From positions 4,456 to 68,455 of the forward strand of contig MABF01000273.1 of NCBI GenBank assembly GCA_002163025.1: a stretch of 64,000 bases of DNA, given 5' to 3'. This DNA is from 'Osedax' symbiont bacterium Rs2_46_30_T18 (GTDB lineage Bacteria; Pseudomonadota; Gammaproteobacteria; Pseudomonadales; Balneatricaceae). A model generated the notes under the pieces. The model did not search any database. It saw nothing but the letters and a program-made list of their open reading frames with translations, and had not been told where the DNA came from. Position numbers and translations under genes: made by a program. Numbering within the stretch: position 1 is the first letter of the stretch; every line of letters starts with the position of its first letter. Positions 39,838 to 50,739 of this stretch are shown piece by piece.

Positions 39838-41718
39838 TTATTGGTCCAGCTCTAACCAGCGCTCCATCAAACCTTCAACTTCAGCTTCTGCCGCTGCCAG
39901 TTTATCCAAGGTCAAAGTGACACCTGCATGCTCTGACTGATAAAAATCCGCCGCACCTACTTGTGCCTGAAGGGCCTCAACGGCAGCTTCCGCCCTCTCC
40001 AACATAGCGGGCAATTGCTCCAACTCATGCTGCAACTTATAGCTTAGTTTTTTCTTAGCAGGAACCGCAACTTTGACATCATTCGCTCGCTCGGTAGATA
40101 ACTTAGCACCTTTACCAATGCCTTTGATTGACGCTTTTGGCCGCTGTCTGAGCCAGTCCTGGTAACCCCCTACATAAGGGGATACAACGCCATTTCCCTC
40201 GAAGACCAAAGTACTAGTGACGACGTTGTCCAGAAAGGCACGGTCATGACTTACCAGCAGCACTGTGCCTTGAAACTCCAGCAGAATCTCTTCCAACAAC
40301 TCCAATGTCTCTACGTCTAAATCATTAGTGGGCTCATCCATCACCAGCACGTTAGCAGGTAAACTGAATAATTTAGCCAATAACACCCGGTTACACTCAC
40401 CGCCGGAAAGCGCCTTAACAGGAGTCCTGGCCCGCTCAGGGGCAAACAAAAAATCGTTCAAGTAGCTGATCACATGACGATTTTTGCCGTTTATTTCGAT
40501 CATCTCACGACCGCCGGCAATATTATCAACCACTGATTTTTCCGGCTCTAACTGCCCTCTAAGCTGGTCAAAGTAGGCCACTTCGATCTTAGTGCCAAAT
40601 GTCACTTTACCGCTATCTGGCTGGTTCTCACCGAGGATCAACTTCAACAAACTACTTTTACCGGCCCCGTTAGGCCCAATAAGACCAATGCGGTCCCCAC
40701 GCTGCACTGTCAGGTCTAAATTTTTAATGACCGACTTATCAGCATAACTCAAACTCACACCTTCCAGGCAAGTGACTAATTTTCCGGATTTAGACGCCTC
40801 TTCAAAGTTGAAATTAGCCTTACCTTGGCGGTCCAGGCGATTGGATCGCTCTTTGCGTAGACTCTGCAAAGCCCTGACCCGGCCTTCGTTGCGGGTACGG
40901 CGGGCTTTAATTCCCTGCCTGATCCATACTTCCTCCTCTGCCAAGCGCTTATCGAACAGCGCATTGTTACGCTCCTCTTGCTCTAACAGCACTTCCTTTT
41001 GCTTTACGTAGCTCTCATAATTACCGACGAATGAAGTCAAAACGCCGCGATCTAATTCGATAATGCGTGTCGCTAGCGCATTCACCATTGACCTGTCGTG
41101 AGAGACAAACAATAATCCGCCTTTAAAATCCAACAGCTGCTTTTCTAACCACTCAATAGTACTGATATCTAAATGGTTGGTAGGCTCGTCCAGCAATAGC
41201 AATTGCGGCTGTGTAACCAGGGCTGCCCCCAGTGCCGCTCTTCTGCGCCAACCACCTGATAGAGAATTCATTAGCGCATTACCATTGAGCTTCAGACGCG
41301 TTAATACCTGCTCGACTTTTTGCTCCAACATCCAGCCATCAACAGCCTCAAGTTTATGCTGTAACTTTTCTAATTTCTTTAAACTCTTTGCATCGGTATT
41401 ATTCACCAACAGATCGTAATCTTTACGTAGACTGACAGCCTCGCTAAGCCCCTCAGCCACCACATCCCATACTTTGCGATCATCCGCCGCCGGTAGAATC
41501 TGATTTAAGACCGAAATTTGACAGCCTGGATCAACCCAAATCTCACCTCCATCAAGGTGCACCTCGCCGGTGACCACTTTCATTAGCGTTGACTTACCCG
41601 CACCGTTCAAGCCGACTAAACCCACTCGCTCGCCGGGGTCAATAATAAAATCTACTTTTTCTAACAGGGGTCTAGAACCAAAGGCGATACTGGCTTTTTC
41701 CAATCTGATAATGGGCAT
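39838..41718 (-). CDS. uup: ABC-F family ATPase Uup
   Basis: Two ABC cassettes are present (GLNGAGKST / LSGGWRRR / LLLLDEPTNHLD and GPNGAGKSS / LSGGECNR / VLVMDEPTNDLD). There are no TM segments, and the C-terminus is a coiled coil. Confidence 0.9.
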   Translation of the reverse strand: MPIIRLEKASIAFGSRPLLEKVDFIIDPGERVGLVGLNGAGKSTLMKVVTGEVHLDGGEIWVDPGCQISVLNQILPAADDRKVWDVVAEGLSEAVSLRKDYDLLVNNTDAKSLKKLEKLQHKLEAVDGWMLEQKVEQVLTRLKLNGNALMNSLSGGWRRRAALGAALVTQPQLLLLDEPTNHLDISTIEWLEKQLLDFKGGLLFVSHDRSMVNALATRIIELDRGVLTSFVGNYESYVKQKEVLLEQEERNNALFDKRLAEEEVWIRQGIKARRTRNEGRVRALQSLRKERSNRLDRQGKANFNFEEASKSGKLVTCLEGVSLSYADKSVIKNLDLTVQRGDRIGLIGPNGAGKSSLLKLILGENQPDSGKVTFGTKIEVAYFDQLRGQLEPEKSVVDNIAGGREMIEINGKNRHVISYLNDFLFAPERARTPVKALSGGECNRVLLAKLFSLPANVLVMDEPTNDLDVETLELLEEILLEFQGTVLLVSHDRAFLDNVVTSTLVFEGNGVVSPYVGGYQDWLRQRPKASIKGIGKGAKLSTERANDVKVAVPAKKKLSYKLQHELEQLPAMLERAEAAVEALQAQVGAADFYQSEHAGVTLTLDKLAAAEAEVEGLMERWLELDQ

Positions 41719-42113
41719 GTAATTTCTCGAAAAATGGGTGCTACTGCGAGGGTATCAATGAGCAGTCCACAGCACCCTATATACATGGCTTGCTGTAGCT
41801 CAACTCAATACTAACTCCGACAATGCAAAGCAATTAAACTGGTTAAAAATCTGACGGCGCATTCTACCTTAAGTGCGACTTTTTTTCAGCGCATATAGTC
41901 GAAAACTCTCGATATATTTAGCAGTGAGACAAGAGATACCACAATTTTGACACCCTGAGCCCGAGGCTAAACCAGAGAGTGACTCAAATTAGCCGTTGCG
42001 CCGCTGCACGCTTTTCGCTACTGTTTATTCCTCAAGTCCGATATGCCAGCTCATTTGCAGCAACATTTACGCCTAAGCAATTGCTATTAATCAATAAAAA
42101 AGGATAGCTCAAC

Positions 42114-44075
42114 TTGAAACGTAATACTTTATTTCTACCTTCGACTCTAGTAACAGCTTCTATTTTCACACTTTTTTCCATTGCAGCTACCGCCAATAGC
42201 CACCCAGAATTACAGCAGCAACGTGACCTATACCTAAAAGCTAAGCAGGCCTTCGCCGCTAAAGACATTAAACTTGCCGACAAATTAACCCTGCAGTTAA
42301 AAAATTATAGTTTGTACCCCTATTTAAGGTTGCAGCAAATCCGCCGCGACATAGGCTTCATAAAACAGAGCCAAATAAGCCAGTACCGCAAAGAGTACGC
42401 AGACACACCCCTGGCCAAGAGGGCTCAGGCAAGCTACCTGACCAGGCTGGCCAATACTAAACAGTGGGCCTCCTACCTTAAGAACTACCAGCTACTACCG
42501 CTACGCAGCGCCCATTACACTTGCTATCAACTACAAGGCAAAATCAACACAGGCGCCACTAATACAATCTCCGCTGAAATTACAAAACTATGGAATGTCG
42601 GAAATTCGCAGCCCAAAAGCTGCGATCCGGTATTCAGTTATTGGATAAAGAATGGAAACCCCTCATCTAAAACGGCCTTTGAGCGCAGCTGGAAAGCGAT
42701 TAACAATAAAAACTACAAAATAGCCAAATTTGCACAAAAATACGTGAAAACTAAATCTCTGAACCACTCATTGAATATATTTTGGAGCGTGCAAAAGAAT
42801 GTTGCACTGATAGCCAACCCTAATACCCTAACGAGTAAAACTGCACACAATGCGGACATTGCAGCTTATGCGATCCGCAAACTGGCAATCAAAAGCCCTA
42901 AACTCGCCCTCAAAACTTGGTTCAGAGACCGCAGTCGCTTTAACTTTAGCGCAGAGCAGCGCCGCTATTTAAACGTCTACTTTGGAAATAAATTCGCCAA
43001 GAGCACCTATTACGATCCTGCCGCTCCAGCAATTTTACAAAAACTAGACCCAAAGTATAAATATGACGTTATTAGTGAGTGGAAAATCCGGCTGGCATTA
43101 ATAAAACAGGACTGGAATCAAGTCATCGCTTTAATCGACAGCGCCCCTAAATCGATACAAACTAAAAACCGCTGGATCTACTGGCAGGAAACAGCCAGAC
43201 AGAGAGCCAATCCGAGAAGCTATAAAGCCAAATACGAACCGATAATGGCAGAGCGAGATTTTTACAGCTTTATCGCAGCAGAGTTAAAAGGAAACGCTTT
43301 AAAACTCAACCACAACAAAACCAATATCAGCTCCGAACTTCTCGACAAACTCGATGATATCAGCGCAGTCAGTCGCATACGTGAATTGGTTAAATTCGGT
43401 GATACCAGCAGCGCCTATCAGGAGTGGCGAGTTTTAAGAGAGTCTCTTAATAACAAACAAATCTTGGCTATGGGCTACTTAGTAAGCAATTGGGGCTGGC
43501 ACATCCAGGGCATCAGGATAGCAGCCAAACTCAAGGCTTGGGACGAACTAAGTATACGTTTCCCGCGTTCGCAAAATGCGTTATTCGCCGAATTAGGCAC
43601 AGCTAAAGGCATAGGCAATACTTGGCCTGTAGCGATAGCCCGACAGGAGAGCGCCTATAACCAGTACGCCCGCTCCCCCGCCGGCGCCCGGGGGTTCATG
43701 CAACTGATGCCAGCGACAGCAAAAGAGACAGCAAAAAAGTTCGACATTCCCTACAGCGGTAAAAAAGACCTGTACGATCCGCGCACCAATATTTCATTGG
43801 GCACCGCCTATCTCAAAGAGATGATGCAAAAGTTCAACAACCAGGCACATTCAACTGCCGCCTATAACGCCGGCCCGCACCGGGTGGAGCTGTGGCTCAA
43901 GTCCCGCGGTAAACTGCCTCTGGATATCTGGATTGAAACTATCCCCTTTGATGAGACCAGAAAATACGTGCAAAATGTTCTCACCTATAGCGCCATTTAC
44001 GATTTACTGGCAGGGCGAAAAGCCGAGATGTTTACCGCTAAAGACCGGGCGCAACTTACATTAAATCGCCGCTGA
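42114..44075 (+). CDS. slt: Soluble lytic murein transglycosylase (Slt70 family)
   Basis: It has a signal peptide, a long helical superhelix domain and the C-terminal catalytic motif ARQESAYNQYARSPAGARGFMQLMPATA...AAYNAGP. The start is TTG, as in the ORF track. Confidence 0.85.
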   Translation: MKRNTLFLPSTLVTASIFTLFSIAATANSHPELQQQRDLYLKAKQAFAAKDIKLADKLTLQLKNYSLYPYLRLQQIRRDIGFIKQSQISQYRKEYADTPLAKRAQASYLTRLANTKQWASYLKNYQLLPLRSAHYTCYQLQGKINTGATNTISAEITKLWNVGNSQPKSCDPVFSYWIKNGNPSSKTAFERSWKAINNKNYKIAKFAQKYVKTKSLNHSLNIFWSVQKNVALIANPNTLTSKTAHNADIAAYAIRKLAIKSPKLALKTWFRDRSRFNFSAEQRRYLNVYFGNKFAKSTYYDPAAPAILQKLDPKYKYDVISEWKIRLALIKQDWNQVIALIDSAPKSIQTKNRWIYWQETARQRANPRSYKAKYEPIMAERDFYSFIAAELKGNALKLNHNKTNISSELLDKLDDISAVSRIRELVKFGDTSSAYQEWRVLRESLNNKQILAMGYLVSNWGWHIQGIRIAAKLKAWDELSIRFPRSQNALFAELGTAKGIGNTWPVAIARQESAYNQYARSPAGARGFMQLMPATAKETAKKFDIPYSGKKDLYDPRTNISLGTAYLKEMMQKFNNQAHSTAAYNAGPHRVELWLKSRGKLPLDIWIETIPFDETRKYVQNVLTYSAIYDLLAGRKAEMFTAKDRAQLTLNRR

Positions 44076-44089
44076 GAACAGAGAATACA

Positions 44090-44866
44090 ATGATAGATAT
44101 AGGGGCGAATTTAACCAATAAGCGCTTTGCCAATGACCTTGCAGAAGTACTGGAGCGAGCTGAATTTGCTGGGGTAAAAAAGATAATTGTAACCGGCACC
44201 GACCTGGCCAGTAGTACGCAGGCACTCGAACTGTGCGAGCAATACCCGCAATTATTCGCCACTGTCGGAGTGCACCCTCACGATGCCTGTAGTTTAGATC
44301 AAGTGGCGCTCAACAGCTTGCAGACACTTCTTGAGCACCCTAAGGCGGTTGCCGTTGGCGAAACCGGACTCGACTTTAATAGGAATTTTTCCACCCCTGA
44401 ACAACAAATCTGGGCTTTTGAACAACAAGTGAATTTGGCGATCAAAACTCAGAAACCGTTGTTCTTGCACGAACGAGACGCGTTTAGCCAACAGTACTCT
44501 ATGCTACAAAGCGCCAGAGGTAACATATTCGGGGCCGTTGCTCACTGCTTTACCGGCAGCGCCGAAGCCCTGGAAAAATACCTAGATTTAGATCTGTACA
44601 TAGGCATCACTGGATGGATAAGTGACGAGCGCAGGGGTACGCAATTACAATCACTGGTAAAACACATACCGGATCACCGCCTGCTGATAGAGACAGACGC
44701 ACCCTACCTCACACCTAGGACATTGACCGGAAAAAAGCGTAAAAGCAAAAATGAACCTGCAAACTTAGGCCATATCGCCGAGCAAGTCGGAAAATTCAGA
44801 GGACAGAGCGCCGAGCACATAGCCGCTATCAGCAGCGCCAACGCGGAACGTCTGTTTAAGCTTTGA
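44090..44866 (+). CDS. tatD: TatD family metal-dependent hydrolase (DNase)
   Basis: IDIGANL, GVHPH, AVGETGLDF, LFLHERDA, HCFTG and ETDAPYL are present. Confidence 0.85.
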   Translation: MIDIGANLTNKRFANDLAEVLERAEFAGVKKIIVTGTDLASSTQALELCEQYPQLFATVGVHPHDACSLDQVALNSLQTLLEHPKAVAVGETGLDFNRNFSTPEQQIWAFEQQVNLAIKTQKPLFLHERDAFSQQYSMLQSARGNIFGAVAHCFTGSAEALEKYLDLDLYIGITGWISDERRGTQLQSLVKHIPDHRLLIETDAPYLTPRTLTGKKRKSKNEPANLGHIAEQVGKFRGQSAEHIAAISSANAERLFKL

Positions 44867-44946
44867 AACAGGAGATATTCATAAAGATAATACTAGCGAC
44901 ATGTATTCAACGCAAAGCTGACCGGCACTGAGCACAACTAAACACC

Positions 44947-45186
44947 TTAGCTGGCAATAAAACGACCCACCATATGAGCATCAAAAGGCCAGCTCAGCTC
45001 AGCTTTGGTTTGCTCATTCAGAAGCACTGGAATACGTACTCCGTACCTCGCCAACAGCAAATCGTCTTCGGCAATATCAGCAACTTCAACGCTATGCAAA
45101 TGACCGTTCAACTGCGTGACCAATATATCCTCAGCGAGCTCACATAAATGACAATGTTCAGTACTGTATAAAGTAAAGTTTTTCAT
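44947..45186 (-). CDS. Glutaredoxin-like small protein (DUF836 type)
   Basis: 79 aa with LYSTEHCHLCE (a CxxC motif at the N-terminus of helix 1) in a thioredoxin-fold length. Confidence 0.65.
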   Translation of the reverse strand: MKNFTLYSTEHCHLCELAEDILVTQLNGHLHSVEVADIAEDDLLLARYGVRIPVLLNEQTKAELSWPFDAHMVGRFIAS

Positions 45187-45960
45187 ATAAGGGTTTTTCT
45201 TGTTTAAAGTAAATTCAACACAGGCAATCAGAAAATTGTGACCACAATGGCACGAACTTGTCGTAACTGGCCCTACTATAGCACTGACAGATATTAGTTA
45301 AAATATACCCACTTCTTAGACTTATGACTTTCTTCGACTAAAATACAACAAGCAAATGTACGCGGTAGATTTCTACCCACTAGAAAACGGACAATTGATA
45401 GCAATGCATCGTTCAACAATCGACAGACCCACTTTCGGGGACTACCGTAGCGTCTTACTTAACATACAAAGCTCAGTATCAATAGTAGCGGGGCAGCTAC
45501 CTGCAACACAACCGATTATTAACCTTACAACTCTGCCGTATTCCCAGCAGATCAGCTAGCAATTGAAACTGCCAGAGAACCAAAAGAGTAAAGCGTGGTC
45601 ATAAACACAACTTGGGCTCGATAATTACTTCTGCACTGATTTAGCAGGGTAGCATTTTAGTAAACGCTGTAGATGCGCCTGCAACCCAGGTGCACTAATA
45701 GATACTAAGCAGAATTGACAGCAAGGCAAAAAGCCAACAAATATCATAATAATCAGCATATTGTCATTGAAATATGTTAAATTTCAGTCACTGACTATTT
45801 TATTAAATGACAATTATCCAGCAAGTATAGTAATTGCATTAAACCCTATTATTTAGCAGCCACATTTAGTACATGGCCAGCCTCTAGTAGAGTAGCTGCA
45901 CAATTTAATCTCAAAAAGACTGCCAGCAACCGCTAAATAATCTATAGACAGGACAATGTA

Positions 45961-46659
45961 GTGTATAACAGCACACCAATACAAAAGGGTAGCCCCGGAC
46001 TCAGCTTGAAATATAGCCTGTTATTATTATTGCTAATCTTGCTTCCAACCTTATTCATCCCACTGTTTGTAAAGAGCGAGCCGGGGGTAAATTTGAGCGC
46101 CGCCTACATCAAGCAAATGGGTAAAAAATATGGACGACGAGCCGAACTAAGGCTCAATAGATGGCAACAGCTGATCAAGAACCTTCAGGGCGAAAGTGAG
46201 CAAACAAAGCTGCGAAAGGTGAATGACTTCTTCAACAAGGTCAGATTTTTAGACGATATTTTACATTGGAAAAAGAATGACTACTGGGCAACTCCGGTTG
46301 AGTTTCTGGTCACCAACGGTGGTGACTGCGAAGACTTTACCATCGCCAAATATTACACACTGAAAGCATTGGGCGTGGATATGTCAAAAATGAGCATTGC
46401 CTATGTTAAAGCCCTTGATTACAACCAGGCACACATGGTACTTACCTACTATTCGAGCCCCAGAGCCGAACCGGTAATCTTAGATAATTTAATCCCACAG
46501 ATAAAAAAAGCCTCCAGACGCAAAGATTTATTGCACGTCTACAGCTTTAACGGTGATAATTTATGGATCTCGAAAAAAGGCCGTCGCGCCAATTTAGTCG
46601 GCAGTGCAGACAGGCTGGGCCCCTGGGTCCAACTTAAAAAAAGACTAAAAACCCAATAA
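45961..46659 (+). CDS. lapG: Periplasmic transglutaminase-like cysteine protease LapG (BTLCP family)
   Basis: It has a signal/anchor segment. WATPVEFLVTNGGDCEDFTIAKYYTLKALGV carries the catalytic Cys, followed by QAHMVL (His) and ILDN (Asp). It lies directly upstream of a lapD-like gene. The start codon is uncertain (GTG at 45961). Confidence 0.8.
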   Translation: MYNSTPIQKGSPGLSLKYSLLLLLLILLPTLFIPLFVKSEPGVNLSAAYIKQMGKKYGRRAELRLNRWQQLIKNLQGESEQTKLRKVNDFFNKVRFLDDILHWKKNDYWATPVEFLVTNGGDCEDFTIAKYYTLKALGVDMSKMSIAYVKALDYNQAHMVLTYYSSPRAEPVILDNLIPQIKKASRRKDLLHVYSFNGDNLWISKKGRRANLVGSADRLGPWVQLKKRLKTQ

Positions 46660-46691
46660 CATAATTTGTAATAGAATTTCAGGAGATCAGC

Positions 46692-48647
46692 ATGTCTTTG
46701 TTAAACCAAATAATAGCCGCGGTGTTTGCCGTGCTGATTGGTTTGGTGTCCGGCACTATATACATCATGTCGGACAGTTCAAAATCTATGTTAACAAGTC
46801 AGTTGCAATCACACAGCAAAGATACTGCTACCAATTTAGGCATGCACATGGCGCCTTTCATAGCAGAGCAAGACTCCGCGGCGATAGAGACAATAGTTAA
46901 CGCTATTTTTGACAGCGGTTATTACGAGAAAATTCAGGTTACTAATTTCGATAACGAAGATTTATTCACCGCTTTGCGATCTCCTGAGATATCCGATGAA
47001 GTTCCCAGATGGTTCATAAAACTGATTGCTTTTGACACCCCTATTTTTAAAAGACCTGTCACTCACTCCTGGTCGAAAGTTGGCTTTGTAGAAGTAAAAA
47101 CGCGTGCCGGCTACGCTTATGAAGAGCTGTGGAAAGGCACGCAAACGACCCTGATTTGGTTTATCTCACTGTCATTAATCAGCGTTCTCTTTATCAGCTC
47201 CCTACTGAGGCTTATACTGCGGCCGCTTAAATCTATCGAGGCCCAGGCGATTGCACTGAGCAACAAAGAGTACATAGAAGAAACCAAGATCCCTAAAACC
47301 AAAGAGCTTCGCAGCGTCGTTATCACTATGAACAGCATGATCGCCCGCGTGCGAACGATGTTCAACGAGCAGAGCAACAACATTGAAGAGCTGCGCCGCA
47401 CGGCCTACCTGGATGATTTAACCGGCCTTGCCAACAGCCGATCAACCCTCGCCCAGCTCAGTGACAAGCTTGATAACCGCGATGACGAAGGCCCCTGCGC
47501 ATTATATTATGTGCACATAGCTAACTTGAGCACACTGAACGAGAAACTCGGACAGGAAAATGCTAATAACTTGATCAAACAATTGGCCGAAAAACTCAAT
47601 GCACTGGGTGATACTCATACCGGCACCATCGCCGGGAGGTTGTCAGGCTCTGACATGCTGTTACTGATCCCGCAACCCGATAGCGACACAGTGACCCGCG
47701 AAGTTAATAGCTTGCTCGACGCATACACTATAACGTTCGACTTCTTCAATCCAGGTTCAGGAGCACAGAGCCCTGTACACATAGCCGCAATCCTGGCAGG
47801 CGAAGACATCAATGCCGCGCAAATACTTTCCACTGCAAGAGTCGCAATCGATGAAGCTATTGCGGCAGGACAGGCCAGCATATACAAAAGCCTATCTGAC
47901 ACAGACGTACACACCCCCTCTGTGGACTGGAGTGCACACATTGCAGATGCGGTGAATCAGAAGAAAGTATTCTTCCAATACCAGGCAGTCATTGACAGCC
48001 AAAACAATAATGTAATACAAAAGGAATTATTGGTACGTATTTTAAATCAGAGCGGTGAGCTCTGCGCCGCGGCAAAATTTATTCGCATAGTGCAGCAACT
48101 GGGCCTAATTGAAGCACTGGACAAGGCCGCATTAGAACAAGCTGTCAGCTATCTGGATAGCCATAGTGAAAGCGAGCCGCTGGCTATCAATATAAGTTTA
48201 CAGAGTCTTGAGGACGGAAATTTTGACCAGTGGCTGATGCACACAATCGCCGACAAGGCGATCCAGGGCAGACTGAATATTGAGATTAACGAATCTTCGG
48301 TACTTAACAATGTAACCCGCATAGCCAGCTTCAGACAACTACTGACCAAGAGCGGCATAGGCTTTGGTGTCGATAATTTCGGAGTGCACCCAAGCGGCTT
48401 CAGCTATCTTTACCAAGTACACCCTGACTATCTCAAAATAGATGGCTCTCTGTGCCGGCAAATCACCAGCAACGCCGAAGACAGGTTCTTTATGGGCAGT
48501 CTAGTCACTGTGGCTAAGAGCCTGAGCATACCAAGCTATGCTGAAAGAGTGGAACAAACGGAGCAAATTGAGCAATTGCGACTCCTGGGAATAGTAGCCA
48601 CACAAGGATTCATTCACGGAAAGCCCGAAAACCTAAATAGCCAATAA
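46692..48647 (+). CDS. lapD: LapD-type inner-membrane c-di-GMP receptor (LapD/MoxY N-domain, HAMP, degenerate GGDEF, degenerate EAL)
   Basis: The N-terminus is collinear with P. fluorescens LapD as I recall it (SGYYEKIQV, VPRWFIKLI). It has two TM segments and a HAMP domain. The GGDEF position reads RLSGSDM and the EAL position reads QKELLVR, so both catalytic motifs are degenerate. Confidence 0.8.
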   Translation: MSLLNQIIAAVFAVLIGLVSGTIYIMSDSSKSMLTSQLQSHSKDTATNLGMHMAPFIAEQDSAAIETIVNAIFDSGYYEKIQVTNFDNEDLFTALRSPEISDEVPRWFIKLIAFDTPIFKRPVTHSWSKVGFVEVKTRAGYAYEELWKGTQTTLIWFISLSLISVLFISSLLRLILRPLKSIEAQAIALSNKEYIEETKIPKTKELRSVVITMNSMIARVRTMFNEQSNNIEELRRTAYLDDLTGLANSRSTLAQLSDKLDNRDDEGPCALYYVHIANLSTLNEKLGQENANNLIKQLAEKLNALGDTHTGTIAGRLSGSDMLLLIPQPDSDTVTREVNSLLDAYTITFDFFNPGSGAQSPVHIAAILAGEDINAAQILSTARVAIDEAIAAGQASIYKSLSDTDVHTPSVDWSAHIADAVNQKKVFFQYQAVIDSQNNNVIQKELLVRILNQSGELCAAAKFIRIVQQLGLIEALDKAALEQAVSYLDSHSESEPLAINISLQSLEDGNFDQWLMHTIADKAIQGRLNIEINESSVLNNVTRIASFRQLLTKSGIGFGVDNFGVHPSGFSYLYQVHPDYLKIDGSLCRQITSNAEDRFFMGSLVTVAKSLSIPSYAERVEQTEQIEQLRLLGIVATQGFIHGKPENLNSQ

Positions 48648-49018
48648 CTTTTACCAGGGCTAGCCAAGCGCTAGCTCTGGATACCAATTAATCCGCACAA
48701 GCCCCACTGCATCGATCATCGAATAAAACAGATCAGCATATTCGCGCAACAGAACTGACAATTTCCGATAACCTTTAGACAGCCGCCTAATAGACGAATG
48801 TTACCAAACAGAAACACGGGGGGAGATATATTATCGAAAAAAAAGAATGCGGACCAACGATGCCAGCAACAGCCGACAAGCAAAAGCACAAGACAGAGAG
48901 ATGATACCGTACTGGCACAGCAAGAATGGGGTTAAATCAGCGCGGCTGTTCACGCTGATTATATCAAGAGAGATCAAAAAAGTGACTAATTACAGCAGCG
49001 AGCCCTTGAAAGCGGCTA

Positions 49019-49489
49019 TCAACCTTTTTTGGATAAGAGCATTTCCAACTTACCGGCTATGCGCTGATCTTTTTCCTGATCACGTTTTTCTTTTTCCTGG
49101 CGTCGTTGATTCTCTCTACGACGCTGATGAAATTCTTTTAACTGTACCTTAGCGTACTCCGCTTCGCTCTCTGAAACCTTTCCAGCACTATTCCCTGTTA
49201 GGTCAATACGGTCAGCGTCAAGCTTCATAGCACGAAAATAGTTCGGCGCACGAACATAAGATGCAAGCGCACGCTTGATCTTATTCTTTGCCACTTTCTC
49301 ATCGGCAATCAAATCATCTTGAATGCCGATTTTTAAAGGGCGTATATTGGTACGGCTAAATGTTTCAGGGTATGTTTCAATCAACAAAGCCAAAGCAGCT
49401 TGATTTCCTGCTCTATTTTTTGCTTTGTTCTTGCTTGGAGCCACTTTTTCCGACTCACTTTTTTCTGTCTTAGTCACTTCTTGTATCAC
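49019..49489 (-). CDS. proQ: ProQ/FinO-domain RNA chaperone
   Basis: ALALLIETYPETFSRTNIRPLKIGIQDDLIAD...IKRALASYVRAPNYFRAM is the FinO-like domain. A basic tail follows. Confidence 0.75.
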   Translation of the reverse strand: MIQEVTKTEKSESEKVAPSKNKAKNRAGNQAALALLIETYPETFSRTNIRPLKIGIQDDLIADEKVAKNKIKRALASYVRAPNYFRAMKLDADRIDLTGNSAGKVSESEAEYAKVQLKEFHQRRRENQRRQEKEKRDQEKDQRIAGKLEMLLSKKG

Positions 49490-49669
49490 AACAAAACTCT
49501 CGAGAATTACTTTATTTACGTAGGAAACCCGTTAATTAGAGCAACATATTCAGCATATGCCATAGCCCTATAGGTATATTATCTCTGACAGGGTAGCATC
49601 AAAAAATCCAACCGCAATAGCACTATTTACAAAATTAACCTAGAACTTCAAAAACGTCTGGCTTTACAG

Positions 49670-49915
49670 CTACTCAGCCTGACCCTTACGGATCATGTAT
49701 CTGAACACCCCCTCCTCTTCAGCATGACTAATCAGCTCATGACCGAGGAAAGTGCAAAACTTTGGTATATCCCTGACAGTGGAGGGATCACTCGCTGTTA
49801 CCAACAAAGTTTCTCCAACTGCCATATCACGGATTTGACTGTGTAGCATCATCACTGGCTCAGGGCAGTACAAGCCTTGCGTATCCAGAACATTATCTAC
49901 TTCTAAATCAAACAT
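49670..49915 (-). CDS. tusA: Sulfurtransferase TusA
   Basis: 81 aa. LDTQGLYCPEPVMML carries the conserved CPxP persulfide Cys. Confidence 0.85.
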   Translation of the reverse strand: MFDLEVDNVLDTQGLYCPEPVMMLHSQIRDMAVGETLLVTASDPSTVRDIPKFCTFLGHELISHAEEEGVFRYMIRKGQAE

Positions 49916-50058
49916 ATATAACCTTTTAAACCGTCATTCAGTGTCGCCGTGAAAAAGCTTACAGCAACGGCGCCGCTATTGTCGCAAATTTCTTATTGAA
50001 GCGAAAGTTAATCTAAAAATAATCCAAGATTGAAGCGCATTTACACAACATATGATTA

Positions 50059-50739
50059 TTACAGTTTACTGCGGCTAGTATGATTATCTACAATTCGAGA
50101 AATGATTTGCACCGCTGACTCTAAGTGCTCTAATTGGGTAGAGCCCGAGCGAACTCTGGGGTGCAAATCGTGATCTCCATCATTGAACCAATGTACTTGT
50201 ACTTTCTCTGATAGAGGATAAGTTGAAACTTCCGACTTATTGCCCAGTTTGTCTCTGTCCCCCTGGAAAATGTGGATTTCACTCTGCACATCTTGTAGAT
50301 GCTCTATTCGCAGAACTTCAGGCTTCTTTATCGAGTGAAACGGATAACCATAGATAAAGACAGCACTGGCGCTTACACGATCTGCTATTAATGTCGCAAC
50401 TCGCCCACCCATGGATTTACCTGCCAGGAATAACGGCACTGCAGTCTCGTTGAAGAGCTCTGGATTGCGCTTTTTAAGATGATCTAGCACATCCAAAAAA
50501 CACTGCTCTAAAATTGGCATTTTGTCTGGCAGACGCCGCTTTCCGGTTTCCCTTCGCAGAGCCATATAGGGAAACTCAAAACGTATCACCATCAATTCGC
50601 AAGCCGCAATTTGTGCACTCACTTGCTGCATAAACGGATGATCCATTGGCATTCCTGCGCCGTGCGCGAAAACCAACACCCCTTTTACTGCACTACCTTG
50701 CACTAATAAATTCAATTCTACCCACCTGAGACCCCTCAA
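50059..50739 (-). CDS. Alpha/beta hydrolase (dienelactone-hydrolase / KANL3-like family)
   Basis: FAHGAGMPMDHPFM, the nucleophile elbow GKSMGG and DGDHDL (the catalytic His region) are present. Confidence 0.7.
   Translation of the reverse strand: MRGLRWVELNLLVQGSAVKGVLVFAHGAGMPMDHPFMQQVSAQIAACELMVIRFEFPYMALRRETGKRRLPDKMPILEQCFLDVLDHLKKRNPELFNETAVPLFLAGKSMGGRVATLIADRVSASAVFIYGYPFHSIKKPEVLRIEHLQDVQSEIHIFQGDRDKLGNKSEVSTYPLSEKVQVHWFNDGDHDLHPRVRSGSTQLEHLESAVQIISRIVDNHTSRSKL

Noticed and set aside
45356-45559. 67-aa plus-strand ORF in the lapG upstream region
   Set aside because: It has no ribosome-binding site and no motif, and sits isolated in an AT-rich spacer. It could be real, but the sequence alone does not support it.
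48847-49152. 101-aa plus-strand ORF
   Set aside because: Its 3' part overlaps the well-supported ProQ/FinO gene on the opposite strand. It has no motif.
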